Positions 48,177-57,878 of a DNA stretch of 64,000 bases are shown here, one piece after another; the stretch's first letter is position 1; each line of letters opens with the position of its first letter. This DNA is from Alphaproteobacteria bacterium. GTDB taxonomy: Bacteria > Pseudomonadota > Alphaproteobacteria > Sphingomonadales > Sphingomonadaceae. The DNA lies in the NCBI GenBank assembly GCA_019239415.1, contig JAFAZW010000006.1:1959-65958 (forward strand), written 5' to 3'. The position numbers and the translations under genes were made by a program. Below the pieces are notes generated by a model. That model ran no database searches, was not told where the DNA came from, and saw nothing but the letters and a program-made list of their open reading frames with translations.

Positions 48177-49937
48177 ATGCTGAACCGGCTTTCAACTTCG
48201 CGCGTCGCCTTCCTTCTCGCTTTCTGCACCCTCCCCGCCCTGGCCGAGGCGCGGCCCGCGCACCGCGTCGTGCGCGGCGAGCCGGGGATGGTCTCCGCGG
48301 CGGACCCGCGCGCCGCCGCGGCGGGCGTCGAGATCCTGCGCAAGGGCGGCAGCGCGACGGACGCGGCGATCGCGACGATGCTGGCGCTGAACGTCGTCGA
48401 ACCGCAAAGCTCCGGGATCGGCGGCGGCGCCTTCTTCGTGCGCCACGCGGCGGCGACCGGCCGCACCGACACGATCGACGGCCGCGAGGCGGCGCCGAAG
48501 GCGGCCGACCCGCGCTGGTTCTACCGGCCGGACGGCACGCCGCTCGGCCATGCCGAGGCCATCCCCGGCGGCCGCAGCGTCGGCGTGCCGGGGACCATCC
48601 GGGCGATGGCGCTGGCGCACCGGAGCGGCGGTCGCCTTTCCTGGGCTGCCCTGTTCCAGCCGGCGATCCGCCTCGCGCGGGGCGGGTGGACCCTGACGCC
48701 GCGCTTCATCACGATGACACGGATGGCGCCTGGGCTGCTCGACGCGGGCGCGGCGAAGATCTTCCTGGGGGCGGACGGAACGCCGCTTCCGGCGGGAACG
48801 CGAGTGCGCAACCCGGCGCAGGCGGCTCTGTTCGAGCGGATCGCCCGCGCCGGGCCGGAGGCATTCTACGCCGGCGAGGCGGCGAAGATCGTCGCGACGG
48901 TCAACGGCGCGGCGCGCAATCCCTCGCGGATGACCGTCGCCGACCTCGCCGCCTACCGCGCCAAGGACAGGCCGCCGGTCTGCGCGACCTATCGCGTCTA
49001 CCGGGTATGCGGCATGGGCCCGCCGTCCTCCGGCGGCATCGCGGTGCTGATGATCCTGAAGCAGCTCGAGCGGTTCGACATGGCGGGGCTTGGACCGAGG
49101 TCGCCGGTCGCCTGGCACCTGTTCGCCGAATCCTCGCGTCTCGCTTATGCCGACCGCGACCTCTATGTCGGCGATCCCGACTTCGTGCACGTGCCGGTCG
49201 CCGGGCTGCTCGACCCCGCCTATCTCGCCTCGCGCTCCGCTTCGATCTCGCCGGAGCGGGCGATGGCGCATGCGTCGGCGGGGACCCCGCCGGGGGCGCC
49301 GAGGCGCCTGCCGGTTCCCGCAGGGGAGCGGGCGGGCACCACCGACCTCGTCGTCGCCGACCGGGCGGGCAACGTGGTCGAGGTGACGACGACGATCGAG
49401 AGCGTGTTCGGCTCGGGCCTGTCGGTCGACGGGACGATGCTCAACAACGAATTGACCGATTTCGACATCGTGCCGGAGAAGGACGGCTTCCTCGCCGCCA
49501 ACCGGGTGGAAGGCGGGAAGCGGCCGCGCAGCTCGATGGCGCCGACCATCGTCTACGGGCCCGACGGGAAGGTGCGGATCGCGCTCGGTGCCGCCGGCGG
49601 GTCGACGATCATCGCCCAGGTGGCGAAGGCGCTGGTGGCGGTGCTCGACTGGAAGATGAGCGCGCAGGACGCGATCGGCCTCGGCCTCGTCTATGCGCCG
49701 GGCGACACGGTGGTGGCCGAGAAGGGGACGCAGGCGGAGGCGCTGGCGCCGGCGCTGCGGGCGCTGGGCCAGCGGGTGCAGGTGGCGCCGCTCGGCCTCA
49801 AGGCGAATGCGATCGAGCGGGTGAACGGGCGCTGGGCCGGCGCCGCCGACCCGCGCAGCGAAGGCGTGGCGATGCGCGAGACGGGGGAAGTCAGCGCCAT
49901 CGTCCGCGCGGGGGAGCAACCGCGACCGCCGGAATAA
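48177..49937 (+). CDS. ggt: gamma-glutamyltransferase
   Basis: Signal peptide from the internal ATG 48177. The autoprocessing site context is AGTTDLVVADRAGNVV, and the GGGAFF block is present. Confidence 0.88.
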   Translation: MLNRLSTSRVAFLLAFCTLPALAEARPAHRVVRGEPGMVSAADPRAAAAGVEILRKGGSATDAAIATMLALNVVEPQSSGIGGGAFFVRHAAATGRTDTIDGREAAPKAADPRWFYRPDGTPLGHAEAIPGGRSVGVPGTIRAMALAHRSGGRLSWAALFQPAIRLARGGWTLTPRFITMTRMAPGLLDAGAAKIFLGADGTPLPAGTRVRNPAQAALFERIARAGPEAFYAGEAAKIVATVNGAARNPSRMTVADLAAYRAKDRPPVCATYRVYRVCGMGPPSSGGIAVLMILKQLERFDMAGLGPRSPVAWHLFAESSRLAYADRDLYVGDPDFVHVPVAGLLDPAYLASRSASISPERAMAHASAGTPPGAPRRLPVPAGERAGTTDLVVADRAGNVVEVTTTIESVFGSGLSVDGTMLNNELTDFDIVPEKDGFLAANRVEGGKRPRSSMAPTIVYGPDGKVRIALGAAGGSTIIAQVAKALVAVLDWKMSAQDAIGLGLVYAPGDTVVAEKGTQAEALAPALRALGQRVQVAPLGLKANAIERVNGRWAGAADPRSEGVAMRETGEVSAIVRAGEQPRPPE

Positions 49938-49955
49938 GGCGGCGCCGGGGGAGGA

Positions 49956-51752
49956 TTGACGATGCGGCGGTTCGAGCATTTCCCGAACCTCGTCACCATG
50001 TTCTTCGCGCGCGCCGCGGAGAAAGGCGACGCGCCCTTCCTGTGGGCGAAGCAGGGCGGCGCCTGGCGGCCGACCAGCTGGCGCGAGGCGGCGGAGACGG
50101 TATCGCGGCTCGCCCAGGCACTGGCGCGGCTGGGCCTGAAGCGCGGCGACCTCGTCATGCTGGTCAGCGAGAACCGGCCGGAATGGTGCATCGCCGACCT
50201 CGCCATCATGGCGGCGGGCTGCGTGACGGTGCCGACCTACACGACCAACACCGAGCGCGACCACCAGCATATCCTCGACGACAGCGGCGCGCGCGCCGTG
50301 ATCGTCTCGTCGCAGAAGCTGATGAAGACGGTGCTGCCGGCGGCGCAGCGCACCTCGGGCTGCGAGCATGTCATCGGCATCGAGGCGCTCCCCGCCGGGC
50401 AGACGAGCAACGTCCAGTTCCACGACTGGTCCGCGCTGATCGCGGCCGAGACGGCGGACGTCGCGGCGACCGCGGCGGCGGCGGACTTCGCCCGCTCCGA
50501 CCTCGCCTGCCTCATCTACACGTCCGGCACGGGCGGCGCCCCGCGCGGGGTGATGCAGCCGCACGGCGCGATCCTCCACAATGTGGAAGGCTGCGTCGAG
50601 GTGATCGCCGAGGATTTCGGCTGGAGCGACGAGGTGTTCCTCTCCTTCCTCCCCGCCAGCCACGCCTACGAGCATACCGGCGGGCAGATGTTCCCGATCG
50701 GGCTCGGCGCGCAGATCTACTATTCCGAAGGGCTGGAGAAGCTCGCCTCGAACATCGAGGAGACCAGGCCGACGATCATGGTCGTGGTGCCGCGGCTGTT
50801 CGAGGTGCTGCGCGCGCGGATCCTCAAGCAGATCGAGAAGCAGGGGAAGCTCAGCCAATATCTCTTGAAACGCGCGCTCGACATCGGCGCCAAGGAGCTG
50901 GCGGGCGGCATCCCGGTCTGGGACCGGCCGATGGACTTCCTGCTCGGGCGGACGCTCCGGCCGAAGGTCGGCGCGCGCTTCGGCGGGCGGATCAAGGCGA
51001 TGGTCTCCGGCGGCGCACCGATGAACCCGGAAGTCGGCATCTTCTTCCACGCCCTCGGCCTCACCTTCCTCCAGGGCTACGGCCAGACCGAGGCGGCGCC
51101 GGTGATCAGCTGCAACCGGCCCAAGGCCGGCATCAAGCTCGACACGGTGGGACCGCCGCTCAGGAACACCGAGGTGAGGATCGCCGAGGACGGCGAGATC
51201 CTGGTGCGCGGCGAGCTCGTCATGAAGGGCTATTGGCGCAACCCGGGCCTCACCGAGAAGACGGTGGTCGGCGGCTGGCTGCACACCGGCGACGTCGGCC
51301 ATGTCGACGCCAGGGGCCGCATCGTCATCACCGACCGCAAGAAGGACCTCATCATCCTCGACAAGGGCGACAATGTCGCGCCGCAGCGGGTCGAGGGGAT
51401 GCTGACGCTGCAGGCGGAGATCGCCCAGGCGATGGTGTCGGGGGACCGGCGGCCGTACCTGGTCGGGCTGATCGTCCCGGAGGCGGACTGGATGGCCGAG
51501 TGGGCGAAGGCGAACGGGAGGCCGTACGATTATGCGGCGCTGCGCGAGGACGCGGCCTTCCACCGCGCGCTCGCGGTCGCGGTCGACCGGGTCAACGGCG
51601 AGCTGTCGGTGATCGAGAAGGTGCGCCGCTTCATCGTCGCCGACGCGCCCTTCACGGTCGAGAACGAGCAGCTGACGCCGTCGGTCAAGATCCGGCGGCA
51701 TGTGCTCAAGGCGGTCTACGGGGAACGGTTGGACGCGTTGTATAAAAGGTGA
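49956..51752 (+). CDS. long-chain acyl-CoA synthetase (AMP-dependent ligase)
   Basis: AMP-binding motif IYTSGTGGAPRG, plus GYGQTE and TGDVG...ITDRKKD blocks, 598 aa. Confidence 0.85.
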   Translation: MTMRRFEHFPNLVTMFFARAAEKGDAPFLWAKQGGAWRPTSWREAAETVSRLAQALARLGLKRGDLVMLVSENRPEWCIADLAIMAAGCVTVPTYTTNTERDHQHILDDSGARAVIVSSQKLMKTVLPAAQRTSGCEHVIGIEALPAGQTSNVQFHDWSALIAAETADVAATAAAADFARSDLACLIYTSGTGGAPRGVMQPHGAILHNVEGCVEVIAEDFGWSDEVFLSFLPASHAYEHTGGQMFPIGLGAQIYYSEGLEKLASNIEETRPTIMVVVPRLFEVLRARILKQIEKQGKLSQYLLKRALDIGAKELAGGIPVWDRPMDFLLGRTLRPKVGARFGGRIKAMVSGGAPMNPEVGIFFHALGLTFLQGYGQTEAAPVISCNRPKAGIKLDTVGPPLRNTEVRIAEDGEILVRGELVMKGYWRNPGLTEKTVVGGWLHTGDVGHVDARGRIVITDRKKDLIILDKGDNVAPQRVEGMLTLQAEIAQAMVSGDRRPYLVGLIVPEADWMAEWAKANGRPYDYAALREDAAFHRALAVAVDRVNGELSVIEKVRRFIVADAPFTVENEQLTPSVKIRRHVLKAVYGERLDALYKR

Positions 51753-51754
51753 CC

Positions 51755-51839
51755 GTCACCCCGGCGGAAGCCGGGGTCTCGGCGCGGAAGGGCGCTGATG
51801 CCTTCCACCCGACGAGATCCCGGCTTTCGCCGGGATGAC
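51755..51839. repeat. family-A nested-hairpin inverted-repeat element, copy A2 (85 bp)
   Basis: The arms are GTCACCCCGGCGGAAGCCGGGGTCTC (51755..51780) and GAGATCCCGGCTTTCGCCGGGATGAC (51814..51839). It begins 2 nt after the ligase stop. Confidence 0.85.
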
Positions 51840-51864
51840 GTGTTCTGCCGCCCCACCCTTTCGG

Positions 51865-52296
51865 CTACCGCCCCACCCGCTTGTACGGCACGAACTCGCC
51901 GAGGCCGCAGCCGCCGTAGGTGATGCGGGCGACCGGATCGAAGACGTCGGCGATGTCGCCGCGGCAGAGCGCGCCGACGCTGGTGCGGGTGACGAGAGCA
52001 CGGCCGAAGTCGAGCGAGGGGCAGCCGCCCGGCGGCCGGTTCACGTAGAGCGTGCCGCTGGTCTGGCCGTCGAACACGATCGCGTCGCCGGCCGAGCGGT
52101 TGCCGCGCAGGTCGCGCAGCTGGACGCAGGATTGCGGCGGCCCGGACTGGGCGTAACCGGCGAGCGCGCGCGACAGCTGCTCGGCCCCGGCCTGGGCGAC
52201 GCGCGGGTCGGGGGGACCTTCGGCCGTGCAGGCGGCGGTCGCGAGACCGAGGCCGACGCCCAGGCCGCCGGCGACCAGCAACAGGATCGTGCGCAT
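51865..52296 (-). CDS. hypothetical lipoprotein
   Basis: 143 aa with the lipobox LATAAC and several conserved-looking Cys. No family recognised. Confidence 0.5.
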   Translation of the reverse strand: MRTILLLVAGGLGVGLGLATAACTAEGPPDPRVAQAGAEQLSRALAGYAQSGPPQSCVQLRDLRGNRSAGDAIVFDGQTSGTLYVNRPPGGCPSLDFGRALVTRTSVGALCRGDIADVFDPVARITYGGCGLGEFVPYKRVGR

Positions 52297-52344
52297 CCTA
52301 CTCCTCCTTCGCCCGCCGAACGCGCAGGCGTCGCGACTCGCCCC

Positions 52345-53070
52345 TCAGCCGCGGAAATTATCCTTCGCCAGCCGCAGCGCCGCAAGCGCCTCGGCGGAGG
52401 GCGCGCGCATGAACGGGTTGGTGTCGCGCTCGAGGGCGATGGTCGTCGGCACCGTCGCCTCGCCGGCGGCGCGTGCGGCGGCGACCGCGGCGAGCCGATC
52501 GGCGATCGCCGCGTTGTCCGGTTCGGCGGTGACGGCGAAGCGGCCGTTCGCAAGCGTATATTCGTGGGCGCAATAGACGCGCGTGTCGGGCGGCAGAGTT
52601 GAAAGCCGGTTCATGTTGGCGTGCATCTGCGCGGCCGTGCCCTCGAACAGCCGTCCGCAGCCCATGGCGAACAGGGTGTCGCCGATGAACAGCGCATGCT
52701 CAGACGCGAAATGGTAGGCGATGTGGCCGGCGGTGTGGGCGGGCACTTCGAGTATGGTCGCTGCGATCGCGCCAAGGCGGACCGTGTCGCCTTCGCCGAC
52801 GGTGCGGTCCAGGGTCGGAATGCGCGCCGCCTCGGCGGCGGGCCCGGTGACGCGGGCACCGGTCGCCGCCTTGATCGCCGCGTTGCCGCCGGTGTGGTCG
52901 GGGTGCCAGTGGGTGTTCCAGATCTGCGCGATCCGCCAGCCGCGCCGCTCCGCTTCGGCGAGGACCGGCGCGGATTCGGCGGGGTCGACGACCATCGTCT
53001 CGCCGCTCACCGGCTCGTGGACGAGCCAGATGTAATTGTCGCTGAGCGCGGGGATGCGGACGATCTCCAT
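52345..53070 (-). CDS. gloB: hydroxyacylglutathione hydrolase (glyoxalase II)
   Basis: Metallo-beta-lactamase motif THWHPDHTGG and the C-terminal HEYTLAN block are present. Confidence 0.9.
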   Translation of the reverse strand: MEIVRIPALSDNYIWLVHEPVSGETMVVDPAESAPVLAEAERRGWRIAQIWNTHWHPDHTGGNAAIKAATGARVTGPAAEAARIPTLDRTVGEGDTVRLGAIAATILEVPAHTAGHIAYHFASEHALFIGDTLFAMGCGRLFEGTAAQMHANMNRLSTLPPDTRVYCAHEYTLANGRFAVTAEPDNAAIADRLAAVAAARAAGEATVPTTIALERDTNPFMRAPSAEALAALRLAKDNFRG

Positions 53071-53080
53071 CCGCCCCCTC

Positions 53081-54484
53081 TTAGACGGTGTAGAAGGCGG
53101 TGGCGATGGTCAGCAGGGCGAAGGCGTTGGCGGCGACCATCAGCAGGACCGCGAGCTTGGCTCTGTCACCCCCATCGGCGCCCCGGGTGACGGCGAGGCC
53201 GACGACCGGGAGGAGCGGCAGGAAATAGCGGCCCTGGAGGCCGTCGATCAAAGGCCCGCCGAGCGGCGTCCCGGCGAGATAGAGGGCGGTGGCGATCGCG
53301 CCGGCGATGGCCAGGGCCAGGAGCCAAGCCCACCAGGCCCAGGCGCGCGGCAAGGCGGGGCTGCTCGCGCTCCCCCGCCGCATGCCGACGACCAGAGCGG
53401 CGAGGGCGAGCAAAGCCGCGCCGAAGGACGGCCCGACCGTCATCCAGGCGAAGGAGAAATTGGAGAGGAGCATCCAGGGGCCGCGCGCGACGAGGGTGCG
53501 GGCGAGGGTGGCGGCGAAACCGAGCGGGTGGGCGAGGATGAAGGCGAGCTGCGCGCCCGGGTCGGCGGCGCCGGGCAGCATGCGCACCGCCTCGCCTGCC
53601 GTGGCGTGCAGCCACAGGGCGCCGAGGAGCAGGGCGGCGGCGGCGATGGCGAGCGGCGAGGCCGCCCAGGCGGTCCGCCCCCGCGCCGGCAGTGGCAGCA
53701 GCGCCAGCGCGAGCAGGGGCAGGTAGATGAACTTGGTGAGGGCGAGGATCGCGGCGAACAGGGCGAGCAAGGCGAGGTCGCGCGCCGTCCAGCGGCCGGC
53801 GAGGCGGGCGCGGACGGCCAGGGCCGCGAGGATCGCGCAGCTGCCGAGGACGAGGCCGTCCTGGCCGAGCGAGGCGGCCGACGCCGCCGTCATCGGCATC
53901 AATGCCGTGAGCGGCACGGTGATCCGCCCGACCGGCAGCAGCGCCAGGGCGAGCGCGAACAGGCCGAGGGCGAGGGCCGCGTTGAGGATGCGGCCGGTGC
54001 GCACGATCGTCTCGACCGAGGCGCCGCTCGCCTCGCCGATCCAGACGGCGGCGATTTGCGGACCGTAGCCGACGGGGCTGTAGCGGACGGCGCCGAGGAA
54101 GTCGGTGAAGCTCTTGTCCTGCGTGTCGGAGACGGGCGTCGCCCGGGCGAAGGCCGCCGCCAGTGGGCGCTTCGGCACCGGCCGGACCGCGTGCGGCGCG
54201 GCGGAGCCGATCTCGGCCGCGGCGGCCCGCGACAGGCCGACCGGGAGCATCGTCCCCGCGGCCTCGCCGCGCCGCTCCCCGTAAAGCTGGAAGTGGGCGA
54301 GCTGCCAGGCGCGGAACAGATGCTGGTGCTCGTCCGGCGCCTGGAAGGGCGGCGTCACCAGCGCATAGAGGAGGAAGATCAGCCCGCCGGCGGCAAGCAG
54401 CGTCCGCGCCAGCCAGCCCTGCGCTGCCGGGGCGGCGCGCGCGGGCGCGTCCGGCGCTGGCGCCTCGACGGCGATCGTCGTCAT
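53081..54484 (-). CDS. polytopic membrane protein, DUF2142-like
   Basis: 467 aa with more than 10 hydrophobic segments and an N-terminal PFQAPDEHQH motif. The family assignment is from memory and only moderate. Confidence 0.55.
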   Translation of the reverse strand: MTTIAVEAPAPDAPARAAPAAQGWLARTLLAAGGLIFLLYALVTPPFQAPDEHQHLFRAWQLAHFQLYGERRGEAAGTMLPVGLSRAAAAEIGSAAPHAVRPVPKRPLAAAFARATPVSDTQDKSFTDFLGAVRYSPVGYGPQIAAVWIGEASGASVETIVRTGRILNAALALGLFALALALLPVGRITVPLTALMPMTAASAASLGQDGLVLGSCAILAALAVRARLAGRWTARDLALLALFAAILALTKFIYLPLLALALLPLPARGRTAWAASPLAIAAAALLLGALWLHATAGEAVRMLPGAADPGAQLAFILAHPLGFAATLARTLVARGPWMLLSNFSFAWMTVGPSFGAALLALAALVVGMRRGSASSPALPRAWAWWAWLLALAIAGAIATALYLAGTPLGGPLIDGLQGRYFLPLLPVVGLAVTRGADGGDRAKLAVLLMVAANAFALLTIATAFYTV

Positions 54485-54532
54485 CCCCTCCTCGCTCCTC
54501 CGGTACCCTTTCGGGGCCCTAGCGCGAGAAGG

Positions 54533-55612
54533 TCAAGAAGTGGTTGTGCCGCCGCCGAGCCGGGCCAGCGCGGCCAGTGCGTCCCGAGCGAGGCGGCGGG
54601 TGAGAACCTCGGCCGGCTCGGAGCGCGCGAGCGATGCCGCCTGCCCCGCCCACATCGGGCCGAACCCGAACTCGCCTTGGGCCTCGGCCGCCTTGCGGAG
54701 CGGCGCGAGCGCGGCCGCGGCGAGCGGGTAGGGCGGGACCTCGGGACGAATCGGACCGAGGTCGCGCATCAATCGGCCGGGAACGCCGCGGGCGAGGCCG
54801 CCGGTGAAGAGGTTGGTGAAGACGCTCCGCCCGGCAGCGAGGGCGGCGCGATGGGCGTCGGAGATGCCGCTTTCCGGGCAGGCGAGGTACGCGGTGCCGA
54901 TCTGGACGGCGCTCGCGCCGAGCGCGAAGGCGGCGGCGATGCCCCGCCCGTCGGCGATGCCGCCCGCCGCGATCACCGGCACGGTGACCGCATCCGCGAC
55001 CAGCGGGACGAGAGCGAAGAGGCCGAGCGCCTCCTCCTGCCGGCCGGCGAGGAAGCGCCCGGTATGGCCGCCGGCTTCGAAACCCTGCGCGATCACCGCG
55101 TCGACGCCGCGCTCCGCCAGCCAAATCGCCTCATCGGGCGTGGTCGCGTTGCCGAGGACCTTGGCGCCGGTCGCGCGGACCCGCTCGAGCAGGGCCGGGG
55201 CGGGAAGGCCGAAATGGAAGCTGACCAGCTCCGGCCGCACCTCCTCGACCGCCGCGCACATGCGCGCGTCGAACGGCAGGCGCATCGCACTCCCATCATC
55301 CTCGTGAACGCCGTACTCTGCGTAATACGGTGCGAGCAGCGCGCGCCAGGCGCCGTCGTCCACATCCTCGGGCAAAGCGTGGCAGAAGAAGTTGAGGTTG
55401 AGAGGACCCTCGGCCGCGGCGCGGACGGCGGCGACCTGGGCGCGGACTTCGTCGGGCGTCAGCATTCCGCAGGGCAAGGATCCGACCGCCCCGCCCCGGA
55501 TCGCACCGATGGCCAGATCGATTCCGCCCGCGCCGGCCATCGGCGCCTGGATGACGGGACAAGCAGCGCCGGACAGCGCGAGGAAGCGCGAGTCCGGCCA
55601 GCCGCCGCTCAC
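54533..55612 (-). CDS. nitronate monooxygenase (NMO/2-nitropropane dioxygenase family)
   Basis: PVIQAPMAGAGG, GFEAGGHTG and PVIAAGGIADGRG are present. The GTG start overlaps the gloA stop (GTGA). Confidence 0.82.
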   Translation of the reverse strand: MSGGWPDSRFLALSGAACPVIQAPMAGAGGIDLAIGAIRGGAVGSLPCGMLTPDEVRAQVAAVRAAAEGPLNLNFFCHALPEDVDDGAWRALLAPYYAEYGVHEDDGSAMRLPFDARMCAAVEEVRPELVSFHFGLPAPALLERVRATGAKVLGNATTPDEAIWLAERGVDAVIAQGFEAGGHTGRFLAGRQEEALGLFALVPLVADAVTVPVIAAGGIADGRGIAAAFALGASAVQIGTAYLACPESGISDAHRAALAAGRSVFTNLFTGGLARGVPGRLMRDLGPIRPEVPPYPLAAAALAPLRKAAEAQGEFGFGPMWAGQAASLARSEPAEVLTRRLARDALAALARLGGGTTTS

Positions 55613-56025
55613 CAATGGCCCGTGTTCGGCATCGAGGCCCAGGGCTCGGCCGGCGGCAGCGCGTCCCCCGCCTGGAGCAGCTCGATCGAGATATTGTCGG
55701 GGGTGCGGACGAAGGCCATGCGGCCGTCGCGCGGCGGGCGGTTGATGGTGACGCCGCCGTCCAGGAGGCGCCGGCAGCTCTCGTAGATATCGTCGACGCG
55801 GTAGGCGAGGTGGCCGAAATTGCGGCCCTCGCCATAGCCTCGCTCGTCCCAATTGTGGGTGAGCTCGACCTGGGGGTCCTCGTCGCCCGGCGCGGCGAGG
55901 AAGATGAGTGTGAAGCGGCCGGCTTCATTGTCCATCCGGCGGATCTCGCGGAGGCCGAGGAGATGAAAGAAGCGGAGCGTCGCCTCCGGGTCGGAGACGC
56001 GGATCATGGTGTGCAGGTATTTCAT
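55609..56025 (-). CDS. gloA: lactoylglutathione lyase (glyoxalase I, VOC family)
   Basis: MKYLHTMIRVSDPEATLRFF ... VELTHNWD ... GHLAY is a typical GloA pattern. Confidence 0.88.
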   Translation of the reverse strand: MKYLHTMIRVSDPEATLRFFHLLGLREIRRMDNEAGRFTLIFLAAPGDEDPQVELTHNWDERGYGEGRNFGHLAYRVDDIYESCRRLLDGGVTINRPPRDGRMAFVRTPDNISIELLQAGDALPPAEPWASMPNTGHW

Positions 56026-56088
56026 GGGCGGCGCCTATACGCGCCGTCGTCCGTTGATGCGAGGGGCGGAGCGGATTAGCGTCGGGCC

Positions 56089-57114
56089 ATGAAAGCCGCG
56101 CTCGCAGCCGCCCTCCTCGCCGCGCTCGCGGCGCCGCCGGCGGCGCGGTGGGACTGGGGCGACGTCAAGGACGATTACGGCATGGAGGCGTCGAAGGCGC
56201 TGTGCCGGCAGCTCAGGAACCGGGAGCCGCCCGCCTCCGACCGGCCGACTGCGCAGCAGGCCGCGGCGCTGAAGGGCTGCGATTCGGAGAAGCTCTATTA
56301 CGGCATCGGCATGCCGGCCGACCCGGCGAAGGCGCGGCAATGCGCCTTCCTCGAGGCCGACAAGGGCGACGAGAGCGTGTTCGGCGGCCGCACGATGCTG
56401 ATGATGATCTATGCCAACGGCAAGGGCGCGCGGCAGGATTACGACGTCGCCATCCACCTCGCCTGCGGCATCGAGGGCGCGCCGGCCCAATCGGACGGGC
56501 GGGTGCGCGACCTCGCCGAGCGCAGGAAGCGCGGCGAAAAGGGGGGCGACTTCGACTATTGCGACGGCATCACCAGCGGCCTCGCCGCCGGCTATTGCGC
56601 CAGCCATGCCGCGAGCATCGAGGGCGCGAAACGCGACGCGGTCTGGGCGCGCCTCACCGCCGGCTGGCCGGCCGCGGACAAGCAGGCGCTGGCGAAGCTC
56701 AAGGCGGCCCACAAGGCGTTCGCCGAGGCCCATGCGGGCGGCGAGCTCGACCTCAGCGGCACGCTCCGGGGGGCGATCTCGATCGGGGCCGAAGAGGATC
56801 TCGCCAAGGCGCTGCTGGCGATGGTGGAGCGGCTCGAGAGCGGCAAGGCTCCGGCCTACACGCACGCCCAATACCTCGCCGCCGACGCGGCGCTCAACGC
56901 CCGCTACCGCAAGGCGCTGGCGGAGGTCGAGCCGAACGGCGGGCCGGGCGCGGTGACGCCCGAGGGGATCAGGAGCGCGCAGCGGGCGTGGCTCGCCTAT
57001 CGCGACGCCTTCCTCGCCTTCGCGGCGCTGCGCTACCCCAAGCTGCCGCGCGACAGCCTCGCCGCCTGGCTCACCGCCGAGCGCACGAAGATGTGGGACC
57101 AGCCCGAAGGCTGA
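56089..57114 (+). CDS. DUF1311 (LprI-like) domain secreted protein
   Basis: Signal peptide. The C-terminal part has LNARYRKAL ... QRAWLAYRDAF, the DUF1311 signature. Confidence 0.62.
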   Translation: MKAALAAALLAALAAPPAARWDWGDVKDDYGMEASKALCRQLRNREPPASDRPTAQQAAALKGCDSEKLYYGIGMPADPAKARQCAFLEADKGDESVFGGRTMLMMIYANGKGARQDYDVAIHLACGIEGAPAQSDGRVRDLAERRKRGEKGGDFDYCDGITSGLAAGYCASHAASIEGAKRDAVWARLTAGWPAADKQALAKLKAAHKAFAEAHAGGELDLSGTLRGAISIGAEEDLAKALLAMVERLESGKAPAYTHAQYLAADAALNARYRKALAEVEPNGGPGAVTPEGIRSAQRAWLAYRDAFLAFAALRYPKLPRDSLAAWLTAERTKMWDQPEG

Positions 57115-57116
57115 GC

Positions 57117-57878
57117 TCAGCGCGGCGGCGGCTCGGCATTGGCCGCGAGCGCGGCGGCCGCCGCCTTGCCGGCCTCGCCGGTCGGATCGGCCTTGGCCGC
57201 GCGCTCGAAGAAGCCGCGCGCGGCCTCGACGTCGCCGCCCGAGCCGGCGATGTTGCCCGCCTCGAGCAGCAGCTGCGGCTCCGCGGGCGCGAGCGCGAGC
57301 GCCTTGCCGATGTCGGCCTTCGCGCGCGGCAGGTCGTTCTGGCGGCGGGCGAGGGCGGCGGAGAGGTACCAGGCGAAGGGGTCCTGCGGGACGAGCACGA
57401 GGGCCTTGTCGATGTCGACCCGCGCGCCGGCCGCGTCGCCCGCCGCGGCGGAGGCGCGGGCCCGGTCGAGATGGACCTCACCCGCCAGCCTGGCCGGCAG
57501 CGTGCCGGCGGCGAGCGCCGTGTCGAAATCCTTGCGCGCCTTGGCGGCGTCGCCGGCGGCGAGCCAGGCATTGCCGCCCTGCACCCAATAATCCGCCGCG
57601 CGCAGGTCGCGCAGGCGGGCGGCTTCGAGCGCCGCGCCTTCGAAGGCGACCGCCGCCTCGCTCCAGCGCTCCAGCGCCGCGAGCGCCAGCGCGCCGCATT
57701 GCGCCGCGTCGAGCCCGCCGCCCTTCCTGCGCCAGTCGTCGGCGCGGGTCGCAGCCCTCGCGGGATCGGCGCGGACGAGATCGATGCAGGTCTTCGCCTG
57801 CGCCGTCGGCGCGGGCGCGTGGGCGGCTGGCAGCGGCGGCGCGGCGAGGAGCAGGGCGGCGGGGAGGAGGGGAATCAC
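57117..57878 (-). CDS. tetratricopeptide-repeat periplasmic protein
   Basis: The GTG start overlaps the upstream stop. Signal peptide followed by Ala-rich TPR-like repeats. Confidence 0.68.
   Translation of the reverse strand: MIPLLPAALLLAAPPLPAAHAPAPTAQAKTCIDLVRADPARAATRADDWRRKGGGLDAAQCGALALAALERWSEAAVAFEGAALEAARLRDLRAADYWVQGGNAWLAAGDAAKARKDFDTALAAGTLPARLAGEVHLDRARASAAAGDAAGARVDIDKALVLVPQDPFAWYLSAALARRQNDLPRAKADIGKALALAPAEPQLLLEAGNIAGSGGDVEAARGFFERAAKADPTGEAGKAAAAALAANAEPPPR

Noticed and set aside
48192-51701. 1169-aa minus-strand ORF, and similar very long ORFs at 3526..5823(-), 53036..55786(+), 45294..46928(+), 19379..21880(+) and 36990..39359(-).
   Set aside because: They are antisense or out of frame to genes with clear family signatures (ggt, the acyl-CoA ligase, hpf/ptsN, sufB, pheT, the S8 protease). 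Their translations are Arg/Gly/Ala/Pro-rich low complexity. Stop-free alternative frames of this kind are the expected artefact in GC-rich DNA.
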